A DNA stretch of 64,000 nucleotides from Eledone cirrhosa (GCA_964016885.1 OZ024741.1:302622001-302686000); one strand, 5' to 3'. Positions 39,930-54,100 are shown, counted from the first letter of the stretch. Program-made: numbers and translations. Notes: generated from the letters alone by a model not told the origin.

Positions 39930-40762
39930 TTAAATTACAGATATCGTTGATATATTCATGATGACAGACTTTAAGGCAGTAAACGTATTAATCGAACCAT
40001 ACAAGCTAATCCTTTTTGATCGTACTTTCAATGACATCGAGATCAGATAAATGTTTGGTAGTGTAGGATGTATGATAGCCACACTTGCTGGGACCACGTC
40101 TGCTAGTATTATGGATGCTAGTACCACGTCTAATGGTAACACACCTGTTGGTATCCCGTCTGATGATACCACGTCTTCTAGTATCATCACTAATGCTACC
40201 ACGTCTTCTGGTACCACATCTGTTGGTACCACCACTAATGATACCACATCTGGTACTACGTCTTCTGGTTCCCCATCTGATGATACCACGTCTTCTGGTA
40301 CCACCACTAATGGTACCACACCTGGTACCACCTCTGCTGATATCACATCTGTTGGTACCACATCTGATGATACGACGTCTTCTGGTACCACCACTAATGG
40401 TACCACACCTGGTACCACCTCTGCTGGTATCACATCTGTTGGTACCACATCTGATGATACGACGTCTTCTGGTACCACCACTAATGGTACCACCTCTGCT
40501 GGTATCCCACCTGTTGGTACCACATCTGATGGTGCCCCGTCTAATGGTACCACGTCTACACCTGGTACCACGTCTTCTGGTATCACACCTGCTACCACGT
40601 CTGATCGTATCACATCTGTTGGTACCACGTCTTCTGGTATCACGTTTTCTGGTACCACGTTTTCTAGTACCACGTCTGCTGGTACCCCATGTTCTGGTAC
40701 CCCGTCTGATGATACGAGAACTGCTTGTGATGCTGCATTTGCTGCTAACTCTAGCGGTGCTT
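39930..40762 (-). CDS. Candidate terminal coding exon built from a 15-bp repeat; frame unresolved (VPEDV acidic repeat or GTRRR Arg/Cys-rich repeat)
   Basis: Strong minus-strand acceptor TTTTCTCTTTTTCCTCTTTTGCAG at 40763; two minus frames stay open to 39930 and 40006; indels are multiples of 3; a plus-strand Ser/Thr-rich ORF 40051-40890 is a competing reading. Confidence 0.4.
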
Positions 40763-41010
40763 CTGCAAAAGAGGAAAAAGAGAAAACAAAACAGAAAACG
40801 GAGGAAACTTTGTTGGTGTATCTAGAGAACAACATGTCATTAACAATATCAAAGAATCAACCCCACAGCACTACACTTAGCATGCTCTAGAACAACATTC
40901 AATTAGTTATACTAAACCTTTATTTGAAGAAGCGTAACTACCTTTCTTGCTTATAACAGGTAAATATTAGCTATACTGGAAGACATCTCTAGGTCTCTAT
41001 GTGGCTCGAA

Positions 41011-41047
<37 letters not shown>

Positions 41048-41194
41048 AGTGTAACTTGGAGTTACTGCAGGTTCACCCGGGTGAGCACTCGATGTTTAGG
41101 TTCACTTCTGTGTTGAGGTGTAGAGCTATACAGAATGTAATATATTGAAAGGATAACAAGGTCGATTAGTTACTCCTTCATTACATTTATTGGT

Positions 41195-41281
41195 AGGTGA
41201 CGCGCGTTTCGCCACTGATCAGCTCAAGGTTCGATCTGTATCGATCTTACCCGACTCTATAATCAGCAGCTCGACGGACCC
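41195..41281 (-). ncRNA. Decayed hammerhead motif with long stem II
   Basis: rc: gggt-CCGTCGA-gctgctgatt...gatcagtggc-GAAA-CGCGCG-TC-acct; core A6 mutated. Confidence 0.55.
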
Positions 41282-42020
41282 TTTAAAATGCTATAAGAAA
41301 ATGAATACATACTATATGGTAAAGTCAGAAGTTCATAAGTTGGTCAATATGAGTTGTTTTGATTGGTGGAATAGATCATAGGGATGTTTTCGCCTGTAGT
41401 GTATGTGTGGGGTGGATGTGATTATAAGATGGTGGTGACGATGGGCTGTGCTGTGGGGGTGGCGGATTGACTTTCGCCTGTAGTGTATGTGGGGGTGGAT
41501 GTGATGATAAGATGGTCGTGACGGTCGCTGACTGGGATGGGTTGTGATGTGGGGGTAGTGGATTGTCGGTAGACAGGTTGGAGTATATTTGTGGCTGGTT
41601 ATTGTGTGTGTTGTGGGTGTGGTGTTGTTGTTTATGGTAATGGCGGTTGTGGTGGTGTGGTAGGTGTGTTGGTGGTGTCAAATCCATGGGGAGATACATA
41701 TCTAGACACTCTTCGTCTGACAAATACGTTGTATACATACACATGCGCATATATACTGACATATATACATACACACTTATATACACACACATACATACAC
41801 ACGCACACATACATCCACACATACATATATTTATATGCATATATACACACACATATATGCATGCGCGCGTGTGGATATATATATAGAGAGAGGGGGGGGG
41901 AGTATCAGTGGGGGTGGCGTAGTACGAAGATAGAGGGAGGGTGAGAGCCAATGGAGATGGTGTTGTACATATAGACATACACATACATACACACATACAT
42001 ACACACGCATACATATACAT

Positions 42021-42053
<33 letters not shown>

Positions 42054-42184
42054 CATACGTACATATACATAAATATACTTACACACAGACACACACACAC
42101 TTGCGTTGGTTCGAGAGGGAAGGTATGTGTTGGCGATGTTGATGAATTTAATGATTATTGACGTATGGAGTTGTGCCTTGTGGT

Positions 42185-42470
42185 GGCGGTGCACCTGATG
42201 CAGTCTGCGATTAACCCGGGTTCTGCTGCACGTCGGGCTGAGGAGGCTAAACTCCTCAAATACCGGACGCTCTCCAACAGGTTTGCGGTTGTACCCCTGG
42301 CAGTGGAGACTTCTGGTGTCCTTGGCCCTAGGGCTACCTCCCTACTCCCCACCATTAGCGCTGAGCTGGCCAGCCGCAGGTGTGAACCCCGCGAGTTGGA
42401 GTGACTTTTCCAGCGCGTCTTCCTTGCTGTCCTCCGGGGAAACGCCCTCTCTATTCTGACCGCCGGGGCT
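42185..42470 (+). mobile_element. CRE-like non-LTR 3' fragment with (TG)n tail
   Basis: GSAARRAEEAKLLKY...VPLAVETSGVLGP...FQRVFLAVLRGNALSIL. Confidence 0.8.
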
Positions 42471-42766
42471 GTGTGTGTGTGTGGGGGGGGGGGGGGGGGG
42501 GGCACACACATCGCGTATCATTCTATATGTAGTTGTGGTCGGTGTGTGTGTGTGTTTGTATATATTGCTTTTGTTTTCATTCAGCATCATGTCATTCTTC
42601 ATTGCTTTTCTCTAATATTATCTTCCATCAAAATAAAGTAATCAGTTTTAATTATGCACACTAAATCTTAATATGGCTTTCTGTTTGTCAAATCTCAAAA
42701 AACAAAACAAAAAAAAATTGCTGATATTCAGGTTACTACAGAAAATGGTTTTTATATTCTATTCCC

Positions 42767-42996
42767 TAACCCTTTAGCATTTGCATTACTCTATATATAC
42801 TATTGTATTTTCGTGTTAAAGGCTTAACCTCACATAATTATCTCACATAATATCGAATCAATGAGATTTTGATATTATTTATTTTGAGAACAATATCTTA
42901 ACATCGGTATGAGTGGCCGGTTACAGCTAATTTGAACGGAAAGGGGGTGAGAGAATTCTGGCCGAATACGGCCGGTTTAAATGCTGAAGGGCTAAA
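42767..42996. mobile_element. piggyBac-like MITE
   Basis: TAA|CCCTTTAGCATTT...AAATGCTGAAGGG|CTAA imperfect TIRs with degenerate TTAA. Confidence 0.65.
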
Positions 42997-43112
42997 TACG
43001 TTTATTTATGCTTTCCTAAATTTGGTCATGCTATGTTCATTCAAATGATTGGAGGCCATGCATACATACATAAATACATAAATACATACATACATACATA
43101 CATACATACATA

Positions 43113-43370
43113 CAGCAGATGCCAATATAACATTAAAGATTAGCGAAAAGGAGAATATCTATGCAGAACCAATGAGAAATCTGCAGATACTCCACCCTGA
43201 CTATACGTTCAGATTTATATCTGTGATTATTGGGGCACTAGGGTAACTGCCTCAGTACAAATCTTAAGAAGATAGGCTTCACAGAAAGAACACGACTAGT
43301 TAGGAAATTACAAATACAATACATTAATGGAACAGTATAAATAAGTAAAACATTTAAAAAATTCTGCATG
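43113..43370 (+). mobile_element. RLE-type (R4/R2 superfamily) LINE 3' fragment
   Basis: ADANITLKISEKENIY...FISVIIGALG...RKLQIQ. Confidence 0.6.
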
Positions 43371-43617
43371 TAAAAACAGATACAGAACATTTGCAGATGC
43401 ATTCATATGACTCAAAACATCCACATTCACACATACAATAACATCCATATCTGCACACACATGCAGTTGATGTTGTGTAAATTCCAATGAAAGAGTCTTG
43501 TTAGAAACCGACTGTCTCTCTCTATTGGTAAACATGTATAAAATGATGGAACCAAAAGAATATACATACATACATACCTACATACCTACATACATACACA
43601 TACACATACATACACAC

Positions 43618-44741
<1,124 letters not shown>

Positions 44742-45007
44742 AATGTATTTAACTGCTTGGAAATGCCTCTTTCTTGGAGCTGATTAATTGTAAACGACTG
44801 AGAGTTTAATCTCAAAATATAATATAGTATATATATATATATATATGTTTATATATGTTTATATATATATATGTTTATATATGTACATATATACATACAT
44901 ATGTATGTATATATGTACATTATATATGTACATATATACATATATAATGTACATACATACACACACACATATATATATATGTATATATGTATATATGTAC
45001 ATATATA

Positions 45008-45088
<81 letters not shown>

Positions 45089-45158
45089 GGGGGGGGGGAG
45101 GGGCAGCTCTCTACGTCTCTATGTGGCTCGAAGCCATATATATATATATATAATATAC

Positions 45159-45211
<53 letters not shown>

Positions 45212-45608
45212 TATAGAGCGAGAGGGAAAGAGAGGGAGGGACAGATTATGTTTGTCAAAATTTTAGAAAGTTATGAAATTGTAAATATATACAAAATACA
45301 CAATCAATATATCCCAGTGGAATATTTAAGAATTTTTCGCAACTTGGATTCCAAAAGCAATATAACACTAACATTTCTGACGAGTCTCTCTTATTATTGC
45401 ACAGTAATCCATCGTTACAAGTTTACCCCTAACCCTCTGTATACACCGACTAGATTATATCCTGAAAGATATTAGGTACCAATTATATTTCTATTTATAG
45501 ATATACTATATATTGTTATATACGTGTATATGTGTAAATCTATCTATCTATATGTATATATATCAAAATGAAAATCCGAAGGCAAGGTAAAATTTCCAAT
45601 CATTTTAA

Positions 45609-45682
45609 TCACGACACATGTTTCAATAAGAGATAGATCGATCGTGAAGCCATGATCAATTATCACTGATCTCATCAGGTGA
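45609..45682 (-). ncRNA. Type I hammerhead motif with long stem II
   Basis: rc: tcac-CTGATGA-(gatcagtgata..tgatcatg gctt cacgatcg..tatctcttatt)-GAAAC-atgt-GTC-gtga. Confidence 0.8.
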
Positions 45683-45843
45683 AAATGAATTGTCTTCAAA
45701 TTCTTGATATGAGGGAGAAAATTAGCAATGTTCACTCACAGAGTTTATTCCTTCGTATGAGGGAATAAACTCTGTGAGTATAACAATATTTGTTTCGACA
45801 CACGATTTCATATCAAAAACCTCGCAAAACTAATTCATCGCCG

Positions 45844-45901
<58 letters not shown>

Positions 45902-46171
45902 GGAAAAAATGAAACGAAATTTCATTTCTCACTCTTAGTACGGCTGTTACTTAAATATAAGTATGTACACGTACATACATATATGTATACAGACGTACAG
46001 TAGTATGTATTTATATATGCATACATGCACACATATATATATATATATGTACGTATGGATTCACCGAACATTTATTAAAATGCTCGGTATGTTTGTAAAC
46101 AAACATCCCGAATTAAGCCGTACAGTGTCTAGCAACCATCGTTGCTCATTTGTTCAACACTGACAAAGGAA

Positions 46172-46212
46172 CGCTGTACTAGTTTCAAGCTTATTAGCTA
46201 TCGTCAGCAACG
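46172..46212 (-). ncRNA. Minimal hammerhead motif
   Basis: rc: cgttg-CTGACGA-t agct aata agct t-GAAA-CTAG-TA-cagcg. Confidence 0.85.
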
Positions 46213-46373
46213 TATACCTTCCTGCCAGATGGTTGAACGTCTGAAAGTATAAACTTTTCTTATGCATATTAACGGCTGAGCAGCCTAATTTGCATATCGA
46301 GTGAGTTAATCGGCCGGGGTACCGAAAACGATAAACGGAAAAAATGAAACGAAATTTCATTTCTCACTCTTAG

Positions 46374-47520
46374 AATCGCTGCTTACACCCTTAACGGGAT
46401 CTTCTGAAACTAAAAAGTCAATCTGTGAACATAGAAGTAAATATTTCAAAAATCGTTGCAACCGAAGGAAGACAGGGAGACGATACTTTGGTTCGTGGAA
46501 ACGTTCCCTGGCAAAGAACGAAAAAAAAAACGAAGATAATACGTCATAATTTGGTGCGGTGAAAACAATTACACGTAAAGACAAAACCACGTAAATGGTA
46601 TAACTGAATTCGTAGACTAATATTCTATTAGGTGGTTCATGGAGACGTTCTCTGGCAATGAACGGAAAAAACGAAGATAATACGTCATTAACTTTGCCTT
46701 TCATCCTTACGGGGTCGGGTCGAGAAAATAAAGTACCAGTAATGTACTGGGAAATTGCTGGCCTTGTGCCAAAAGTAGAAACAATTATGAGCGGTGAGAA
46801 CGATTACACGCAAAGACAAAACCACGTAAATGGTATAACTGAAGTCGTAGACTAAAATTCTATTTAGGAAACCGAATGATTCTCGGCTTCAGAGTTAAGA
46901 ATAAAGTAAATAAAATACAGAGGTATATATATTATGTATACACGCGCACACACATACACATACATATATATATATTTTTATATATATTTTTATGTGTATT
47001 TGGTGTATACGTTCGTATGTGTGCGGGTACAGGCGATGCGGGGGTTCTGTATGTGTGTGCGTGTTTTTTTTTTTTGTGTACGTGCTTCTATTTGCATACC
47101 CATGGCGAGTGTTTTCGCGTATGCTTGTGTACGTACGTATATGGATGCGTGTATGTATATATTTAATTTCAATTACCTCTGTATTTTATTTACTTTACTC
47201 TTAACTCTGAAGCCGAGAATCATTCGGTTTCCTAAATAGAATTTTAGTCTACGAATTCAGTTATACCATTTACGTGGTTTTGTCTTTACGTGTAATTGTT
47301 TTCACCGCTCCAAATAATGACGTATTATCTTCGTTTTTTTCCCGTTCTTTGCCAGGGAACGTTTCCACGAACCAAAGTATCGTCTTCCTGTCTTCCTTCG
47401 GTTGCAACGATTTTTGAAATATTTACTTCTGCGTTCAGAGATTGACTTTTTAGTTTCAGAAGATCCCGTTAAGAGTGTAAGCAGCGATTCTTTGCTTAAA
47501 CTTTAATCTGTTATTTTAAT
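46374..47520. repeat. Large inverted repeat of PLE pseudo-LTR-like family, left arm rearranged
   Basis: 46374-46620 and 46789-46925 are reverse complements of 47247-47490 and 47174-47310; SINE piece at 46689-46787. Confidence 0.85.
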
Positions 47521-47616
47521 AAATATTTGCTCTACGGTTCTTATATATCTGATATATATTTATCCTTATCGAACCCTCTTTGGATTTAGTCTTCAAATTT
47601 ATTATTATTATTATTA

Positions 47617-47820
47617 GGATTAGTGGAGGGGAAGAGCGACGACGTACTTGAGGAAACTCTAGGCGTCGACGAAAATCAACTAGCCAATCTCTTCGGAAGA
47701 ACTTTCGAGCCGGGGCCTATGGACAACTTCCAGAAATCTCTGGCCTGGCAGTGCTACCGAGGATCCTTGCCAGTTCGGGATAAACTCTACGGGCATGGAG
47801 GTGCCGTCAGCCGGGCATGT
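47617..47820 (+). mobile_element. L1/Tx1-like LINE fragment
   Basis: DNFQKSLAWQCYRGSLPVRDKL..HG.....C, zf-RVT-type region. Confidence 0.6.
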
Positions 47821-47821
47821 T

Positions 47822-50800
47822 CATACGAGTTATCACCAAGTCACAACCAGTGACAACAAGGTCCGCCATGTTCAAGAAAGAACATACATACACACACATG
47901 CATCTTTAGGTGTTTAGACTTGTGATGTACTTATATTGACAGAATCTTCCTTAGTATATGGGCAGTTCCCATTAGTACTATCTTTTGTATTTCTCCTATA
48001 CGCGGGTTTCCTGGTATTTGAGATAAGTAATCATTAGACCCCTTAGGTATCATTCATAGAGCGCCTACAACCACTGGTATTTTTTTAGTTCTCAATTTCC
48101 ACATTTTTCCAATTTCTATCTCCAGGTCCTTATACTTGCTCAATTTTTCAAATGTTTTTATAGATACATTCTTGTCTATTGGAACGGACATATCAATCAG
48201 CAGGCATAACCTCTTTTTAAAGTCCTTCAGTATTATATCACGTCTATTTGCATCTATTTTTCGGTCTGTTTGGATGCTGAAGTTCCACAAGATTGAGATG
48301 TGATCTCTTTCAAGTATGGGAGGTGGTTGATGCTCCCACCAGTTCTTTTGATGGGGCAGGTCAAAATGCTTACACATTATCCAATGTATGTATTGTGCAG
48401 CTCTGTCATGCCTATTTATATGATCAATGGTCTCTGGTTGTTTTTTTACATACACGGCATAATGGGTTGCATCCATTTTTTATTATGTTGGCTTGGTAAT
48501 TTTTTGTTGGCAGACACTGATCTTGTGCTGATATAATCATTCCTTCAGTCTCCGATTTCAGTACTGAGGATGCCAACCACTGATGGGTTAAAGTTTTGTC
48601 AACATCAGGATTGTTAGCTCTTTCTGGATATTTTCCATACAGAGGCTTTTCTTGCCATTTCTTAGCCAGTTTCTGTAGCAGTTCTTTCTTTGCAGTTACT
48701 TTTACCTGCTTCGCTTTTTCTGTGTTTTTCATTTCAGCAGTAAATGAACTTCTGAAATTTGTAGTCCATTACTGTATCTTTGTGCATCTTTTGTAATGGA
48801 GTATGATCTTTTGATGCTTTCGTGTTTCAAAAGGAGTTTGATCATCCAATCATGTGATTCCCTTAGATAAGTAGATAATCTAATTGTTGCAGTTTTCAAC
48901 GCAATATCTAACTGGATTAACCCACGTCCTCCTTCTTTCCTAGGGAGATATATTCTATCTGTATCTGCCTTAGGGTGATGCATTCTGTGCATGGTTAAGA
49001 ATTTTCTAATTTTTGTATCGAGCCTACGGATCTCTGTGCTTGACCAGTTGATGACATTGTAATTGTAGGTTACTACTGGCATGGCAAGCGTGTTTATGGC
49101 ATCGATCCTATTCCTTGCATGCAATTCCGTTCTTAAGATTGCTCTTACTCTACGGTAACATTCCTTCCTTATCCTTTCCCTCATTGTCGAGTGCTTGATT
49201 CCGTCTCCTTCACAAACACCTAGGTATTTGTAAGTTTCCTCTTGATCAAGTTCTCTTATCACATTCCCCCAATCAAGATTAATGTTTGAACTTTTCAGCA
49301 GCTTTCCTCTGGTAAACGTTGCTTTGGCGCATTTATCTAGTCCAAACTCCATTTTAATGTCATCACTGAACTGCTTCACAGTGGATAATAGCCCTTGCAA
49401 TTGTTCATCATTTTTTTGCAAATAGTTTCAGGTCATCCATGTAGAACAAGTGATTAATGGTTTTGTCATAGACTTTATATCCATGTTTTGTTTCATTGAG
49501 CATTTTACCTAATGGTGTAAGTGCGATGCAGAATAAAAGCGGTGATAAAGAGTCACCCTGAAACATTCCACAATTAATATTAACTTCTCCAGCTTCCAGT
49601 GATTTTTTTTTCTCTGTTCAAAAGGAGTGTCGTTTTCCATGTCTTCATACTGAATGACAGGAACCTCCTGATAACGGGAGATATTTTGAAAATCTCTAAA
49701 CATTTTTCAATCCAACTGTGTGGCAAACTATCGAATGCTTTTTTATAATCTATCCAAGCAATTGATAGATTTTTGTGTCTATTATGACAATCTTCCAGTA
49801 TCATTTTGTTAACCAAAAGCTGATCTTTACAGCCATATGAGCCTCGTTTACACCCGTTCTGCTCATTGGGAAATAGATCATCTGTTATCAGGTGGTCATA
49901 TGTATATTCAGTTAGGAATGATGTTAAAACTTTATACATTGTGGTCAAGCAAGTTATCGGTCTGTAAATTTTGGGATTGTTTGTCTCATCATTCTTCGGA
50001 AGCAGGAATGCAATGTCGTTAACTAGCCATGGTGGTATCTTTTCTGGCTCATTAACTATTTCATTGTAAAGTTGGGCTAACAGCTCATGAGAGTCTGTGA
50101 AGGCATTTATCCAAAAATTTGGTATTTTGTTTTTTCCTGGGGATTTCCATTTGCTGGTTTTTCTAAGAGCCAAACGCAACTGTTCAACTGTTATATTTTC
50201 CCATGTTTGTTCCTCAAGGTGAGCTGTATCTTTCATTTGTCTGTCTATCCATGGGGCATGTATATTATGAACTTTTTCTTCGGCCCAGATCTTTTCCCAG
50301 AATTCTTGCACTTCCTCCTTGGGTGGTATTGATTTAGCAGTTATTGTTGACTTGCCAATTTTTCTGTAGAAGTTTCTTTGGTTGTTTTTGAACATATTAT
50401 TGTCTTTATAGAATCTAGATCGTTTTTCAAAGCGCCTTATACGAGCAGCTTTGGCCGACACTTTTTGCTTGATTTTTCTATCAGCTTGTCTATGTCACTT
50501 GTTGATTTTATACTGTATTTTCTTTTCAATTTTCTAAGTTTAGTTTGTTTAACATGTTCACCTACTTTATAGTTTGTTAAAATTTCTATGTCAGATCGGG
50601 GAAGGTTTATTTGGCGATTGATGTTCTCTTGCCAAGTAGATTTATTGTGAGAATTCCTTTGTTTTTTCATTTTCACTCCACATAAGTGAGTAGTGACCTT
50701 AGCCGATGCATAATAGAGATGATTTAGATCAGTAATGTTTATTTTGTTTGTGATGATAATGTTTTTGAGAATTATGTTAGTCTTGTGTATTATCTTTTGT

Positions 50801-51713
50801 CTCTGTTTGGAGTTCTGGATCTTAGGGATAGTGTCTCGTTCCTCCATGTCAGATTCTTTCATTTTCATCCATTCGTTCATAATTTCATCCTTCAAGTTGG
50901 CAAGTTCATTCTCATTCATTTCTTTATCATTTATGATCTCATTGTTTTCATTTTGAGTTTCATCTTGAGCATGCACTCCCTCCACTTTTTCCATCCTTTC
51001 TTTAATTTGTTCTGCTGTCAGTGATTCCGCCCCAACCTTGGGATTCAAAGTGTTACAATTTACCTCGTTTTCACTGACACATGTTTCATTTTCCCTTCGC
51101 TGACTTTGTGCTGATTGCTTGATCTGATCAATTTCTATATCAGTTGGTAATTTTTTTTAATAATATTTCTTCGTATATTGGCTAGTTTGTTACTGTCAAT
51201 ATAGCCTCTGTTTTCGGGATGTTTCTTTTTCCAGTTGATATATGTCTGTTCTGTATTCGATCTATTTGATGGGTAGTACATGGCAGTGTAGAAAGCCTCA
51301 AGGACTTCTTTATTGTCTTCCCTTGACCATTTTTCTCTCTTTTTCTTTGGATTTCTTGGTGGTGAGCATGGAGGGCCAACAGTAGGAGTATTCCGGTTAT
51401 GGGAGGTCTTCAGCTCCGAAGTGATGGGAAGGTTTGAACCATTAGCTGATTTTTCGACCCCAGTCTGGTTCCTCTCTGAGGGACGCGGCCCTTTTTGACC
51501 CGGGTGACGGCCGATCTGGTATGAGATTTTATCATTTGACATTTACTTTATTTTGTCGCGTTTTATCCTTAACCGCCAAGTAGTAATCATTTCGTGTTAC
51601 CACTTCTAGGACGAGTGTCAACCAAGACTAGAGGGGTCGTCCTCCCCCAGAGACACGGCTATTCCCCGCGGGCCGCCATCCCGGTATTTCTTGGTCACGG
51701 GGTTTTCTTTTTT
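47822..51713 (-). mobile_element. Near full-length R4/Dong non-LTR retrotransposon, frameshifted (ORF about 51542 to 47931)
   Basis: KWSREDN N-terminus, WKSPG, YRPITCL, WIDYKKAFDS, LFYMDDL, YKYLG, CRVC..ETIDHI, RHD, D..VP, KLSKYKDL, IPVVVGALG. Confidence 0.93.
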
Positions 51714-52731
51714 TGTTGTTTTTTAAATTGTTATTATCATGAGTGGTTCCTTAATGTGAGCATTACGTGGCTTAAGAATGAAATTATTATTAATAATATA
51801 ATATACTTTTTGTTGAAGTTGCCTGTTGTTGTTGTTGTTGGCTATGTCGGTGGTGGTGCTGGGGCTTTTTCTATTGTTGGTCGGGAAGGGGGGAGCCAGC
51901 AGTGCCATAGTCGTTGACGTTTGACCGGGTCACTAAGTTAGTCTATTTATATCTTTTGCTAGCCTCTCCCTTGTCTAGTGATACCGCCACCTTCCCTTTT
52001 CTTAAGTTAACAGAGGGTAGTGGGGGAATAGTGGTGGTAGCAATGAAGGAGTGGTGGCGGGGGTGATGGGATAGTGGTAGCAATGATGGAGTGGTGGCGG
52101 CGGTGACTATAGTGATGGCGTTATCGTTACCGAGTTCTGTTGAATAGACTGTAGTAGTATGCGTTTGTTTGATCTGTGTATCTATGCGGGTTGTCGCGTA
52201 TGTTTAATATATGTGTTGACATATTTTCTTAATATTTGAATTAAACATTTTGAGAAAACTTGAGATACAATAATAGTAATTATTATTATTATGCTGGGAT
52301 TGGTGGTGGTGGTGATGAAATTGCTGTTATCTGGCTGTTGTATTTAGTGTACACAGAGGGGTGATGGGATAGGTGGTGTATCTAGATTGTTGTGGTTGTG
52401 AAATTGCTGTTATTTGGCTGTGCTATATAGTGTAGACAGAGGGGGTTTTCTTCCATTTATAACCATTTTCTTTTTTGAATATAAAATTTATAATACAAAA
52501 TTGAATATTTGAGCGATATAACAGGATATTATGGGTCTTCATTTCCTGAGAGCTAAGCCTGGTGCTTTATGTCCCATTTGTACTAAGGATTGTTATATCA
52601 CAATTGTTTTAAATATGTTAAAAATCAAAAACTTACGGGAGCGATTCCATAACACTCTATCCACCACGTGCATCAACTTAAAACGATAAGTTCTTGTTCT
52701 TGAATATGTCACTATCTATAAAATAACTTTT

Positions 52732-52796
52732 GTATTTTATCTGATGAGAGCGTACTAAACATTTTTGGTACCCTTGAAATATATATAATAAAATAT
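52732..52796 (+). ncRNA. Type I hammerhead motif
   Basis: gtattttat-CTGATGA-gagcgtacta...tggtaccctt-GAAA-TATATA-TA-ataaaatat. Confidence 0.85.
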
Positions 52797-52826
52797 ATAT
52801 GGTTTTATAAAGTTAGTTTCTATTTA

Positions 52827-52879
<53 letters not shown>

Positions 52880-53090
52880 AGTTAATATAAATTAATATAT
52901 GATAAACACATAAGTGTTTGTATTGTAAATGACCAAGTTAGCTAGAATGAAATAAACTAATTCAAATAAATATAGTTTGCCTGTCTCGATTTAAAATAAT
53001 AAATCAATAAAAACAAACCCATATTGGCAATATTGCCATTTACAATACAAACACTTATGTGTTTATCATATATTAATTTATATTAACTTT

Positions 53091-53277
53091 GAGGGCGGTG
53101 AATTGGCAGTATCGGTAGAGGGTCGGACGCCATGCTTTCCAGCATAGTTACGTCCCTTTATGATCTGAGTTCAAATCCCGCCGAGGTTGACTTTGCCTTT
53201 CATCCTTACGGGGTCGATAAAATAAAGTACCAGTAATGCACTGGATAATTGCTGGTCTTGTGCCTAAAGTAGAAACA
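53091..53277 (+). mobile_element. tRNA-head SINE, full length, with 18-nt TSD
   Basis: TSD ATTAATTTATATTAACTT at 53072-53089 and 53278-53295; interrupts an inverted repeat starting at 52876. Confidence 0.9.
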
Positions 53278-53371
53278 ATTAATTTATATTAACTTGTATT
53301 TCACGGCTCAGAAATGCTTCTTTCTTTGAGCTAATTAATTTGTAAAGGACTGTTTGAGTTTATAACTCTAA

Positions 53372-53411
<40 letters not shown>

Positions 53412-53557
53412 GTAAGAATATTTTCGAAACAGCGAGTGGGTTTGAAATTATTAGAAATGTAAGTTATCGCCGTATTTTGACTAAAGAAATTAAAGAAATT
53501 ATTTAGCCTGATAGTGGGGTTAAGAACCCTCGGAGAAATGGAAAAAGATGAGTATTG

Positions 53558-53771
53558 ATTTCTTATATAGGCACAAGGCCAGCAATTTTGGGGAGGAGTA
53601 AGTCGATTAAATCGACCCCAGTGCGTGACTGGTACTTTATTTTATCGACCCCGTAAGGATGAAAGGCAAAGTTAACCTCGGCGGGATTTGAACTCATATC
53701 ATAAAGGGTCGTAACTCTATGCTGCAAAGCATGGCGTCCGACCCTCTACCGATACTGCCAATCCACCACCC
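53558..53771 (-). mobile_element. tRNA-head SINE, full length
   Basis: Family match. Confidence 0.9.
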
Positions 53772-53887
53772 TTATATCGAACATTAATAATAATGTTCGA
53801 TTCGTTTGTAAACAAACAGTCCGATTTGAAGCTGTGCCGTGCCGGTGACCGATCGTCCCCTGTTTGTTCAACACTGGCTTTGAGGAA

Positions 53888-53928
53888 CAATCAACATGTT
53901 TCTGGGTCATTACCCTTCATCAGGACTG
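53888..53928 (-). ncRNA. Minimal hammerhead motif
   Basis: rc: cagtc-CTGATGA-a gggt aatg accc a-GAAA-CATG-TT-gattg. Confidence 0.85.
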
Positions 53929-54042
53929 TATACCTCTGCCAGTCTGTTGAACGGTTGAAAATATATAGTATTTTCTTAAGTACACATCGGCTGAGTAGCT
54001 TCATTTGTATACCGGGCGAGTTACGGCTGGCCTTGCACTATG

Positions 54043-54100
<58 letters not shown>

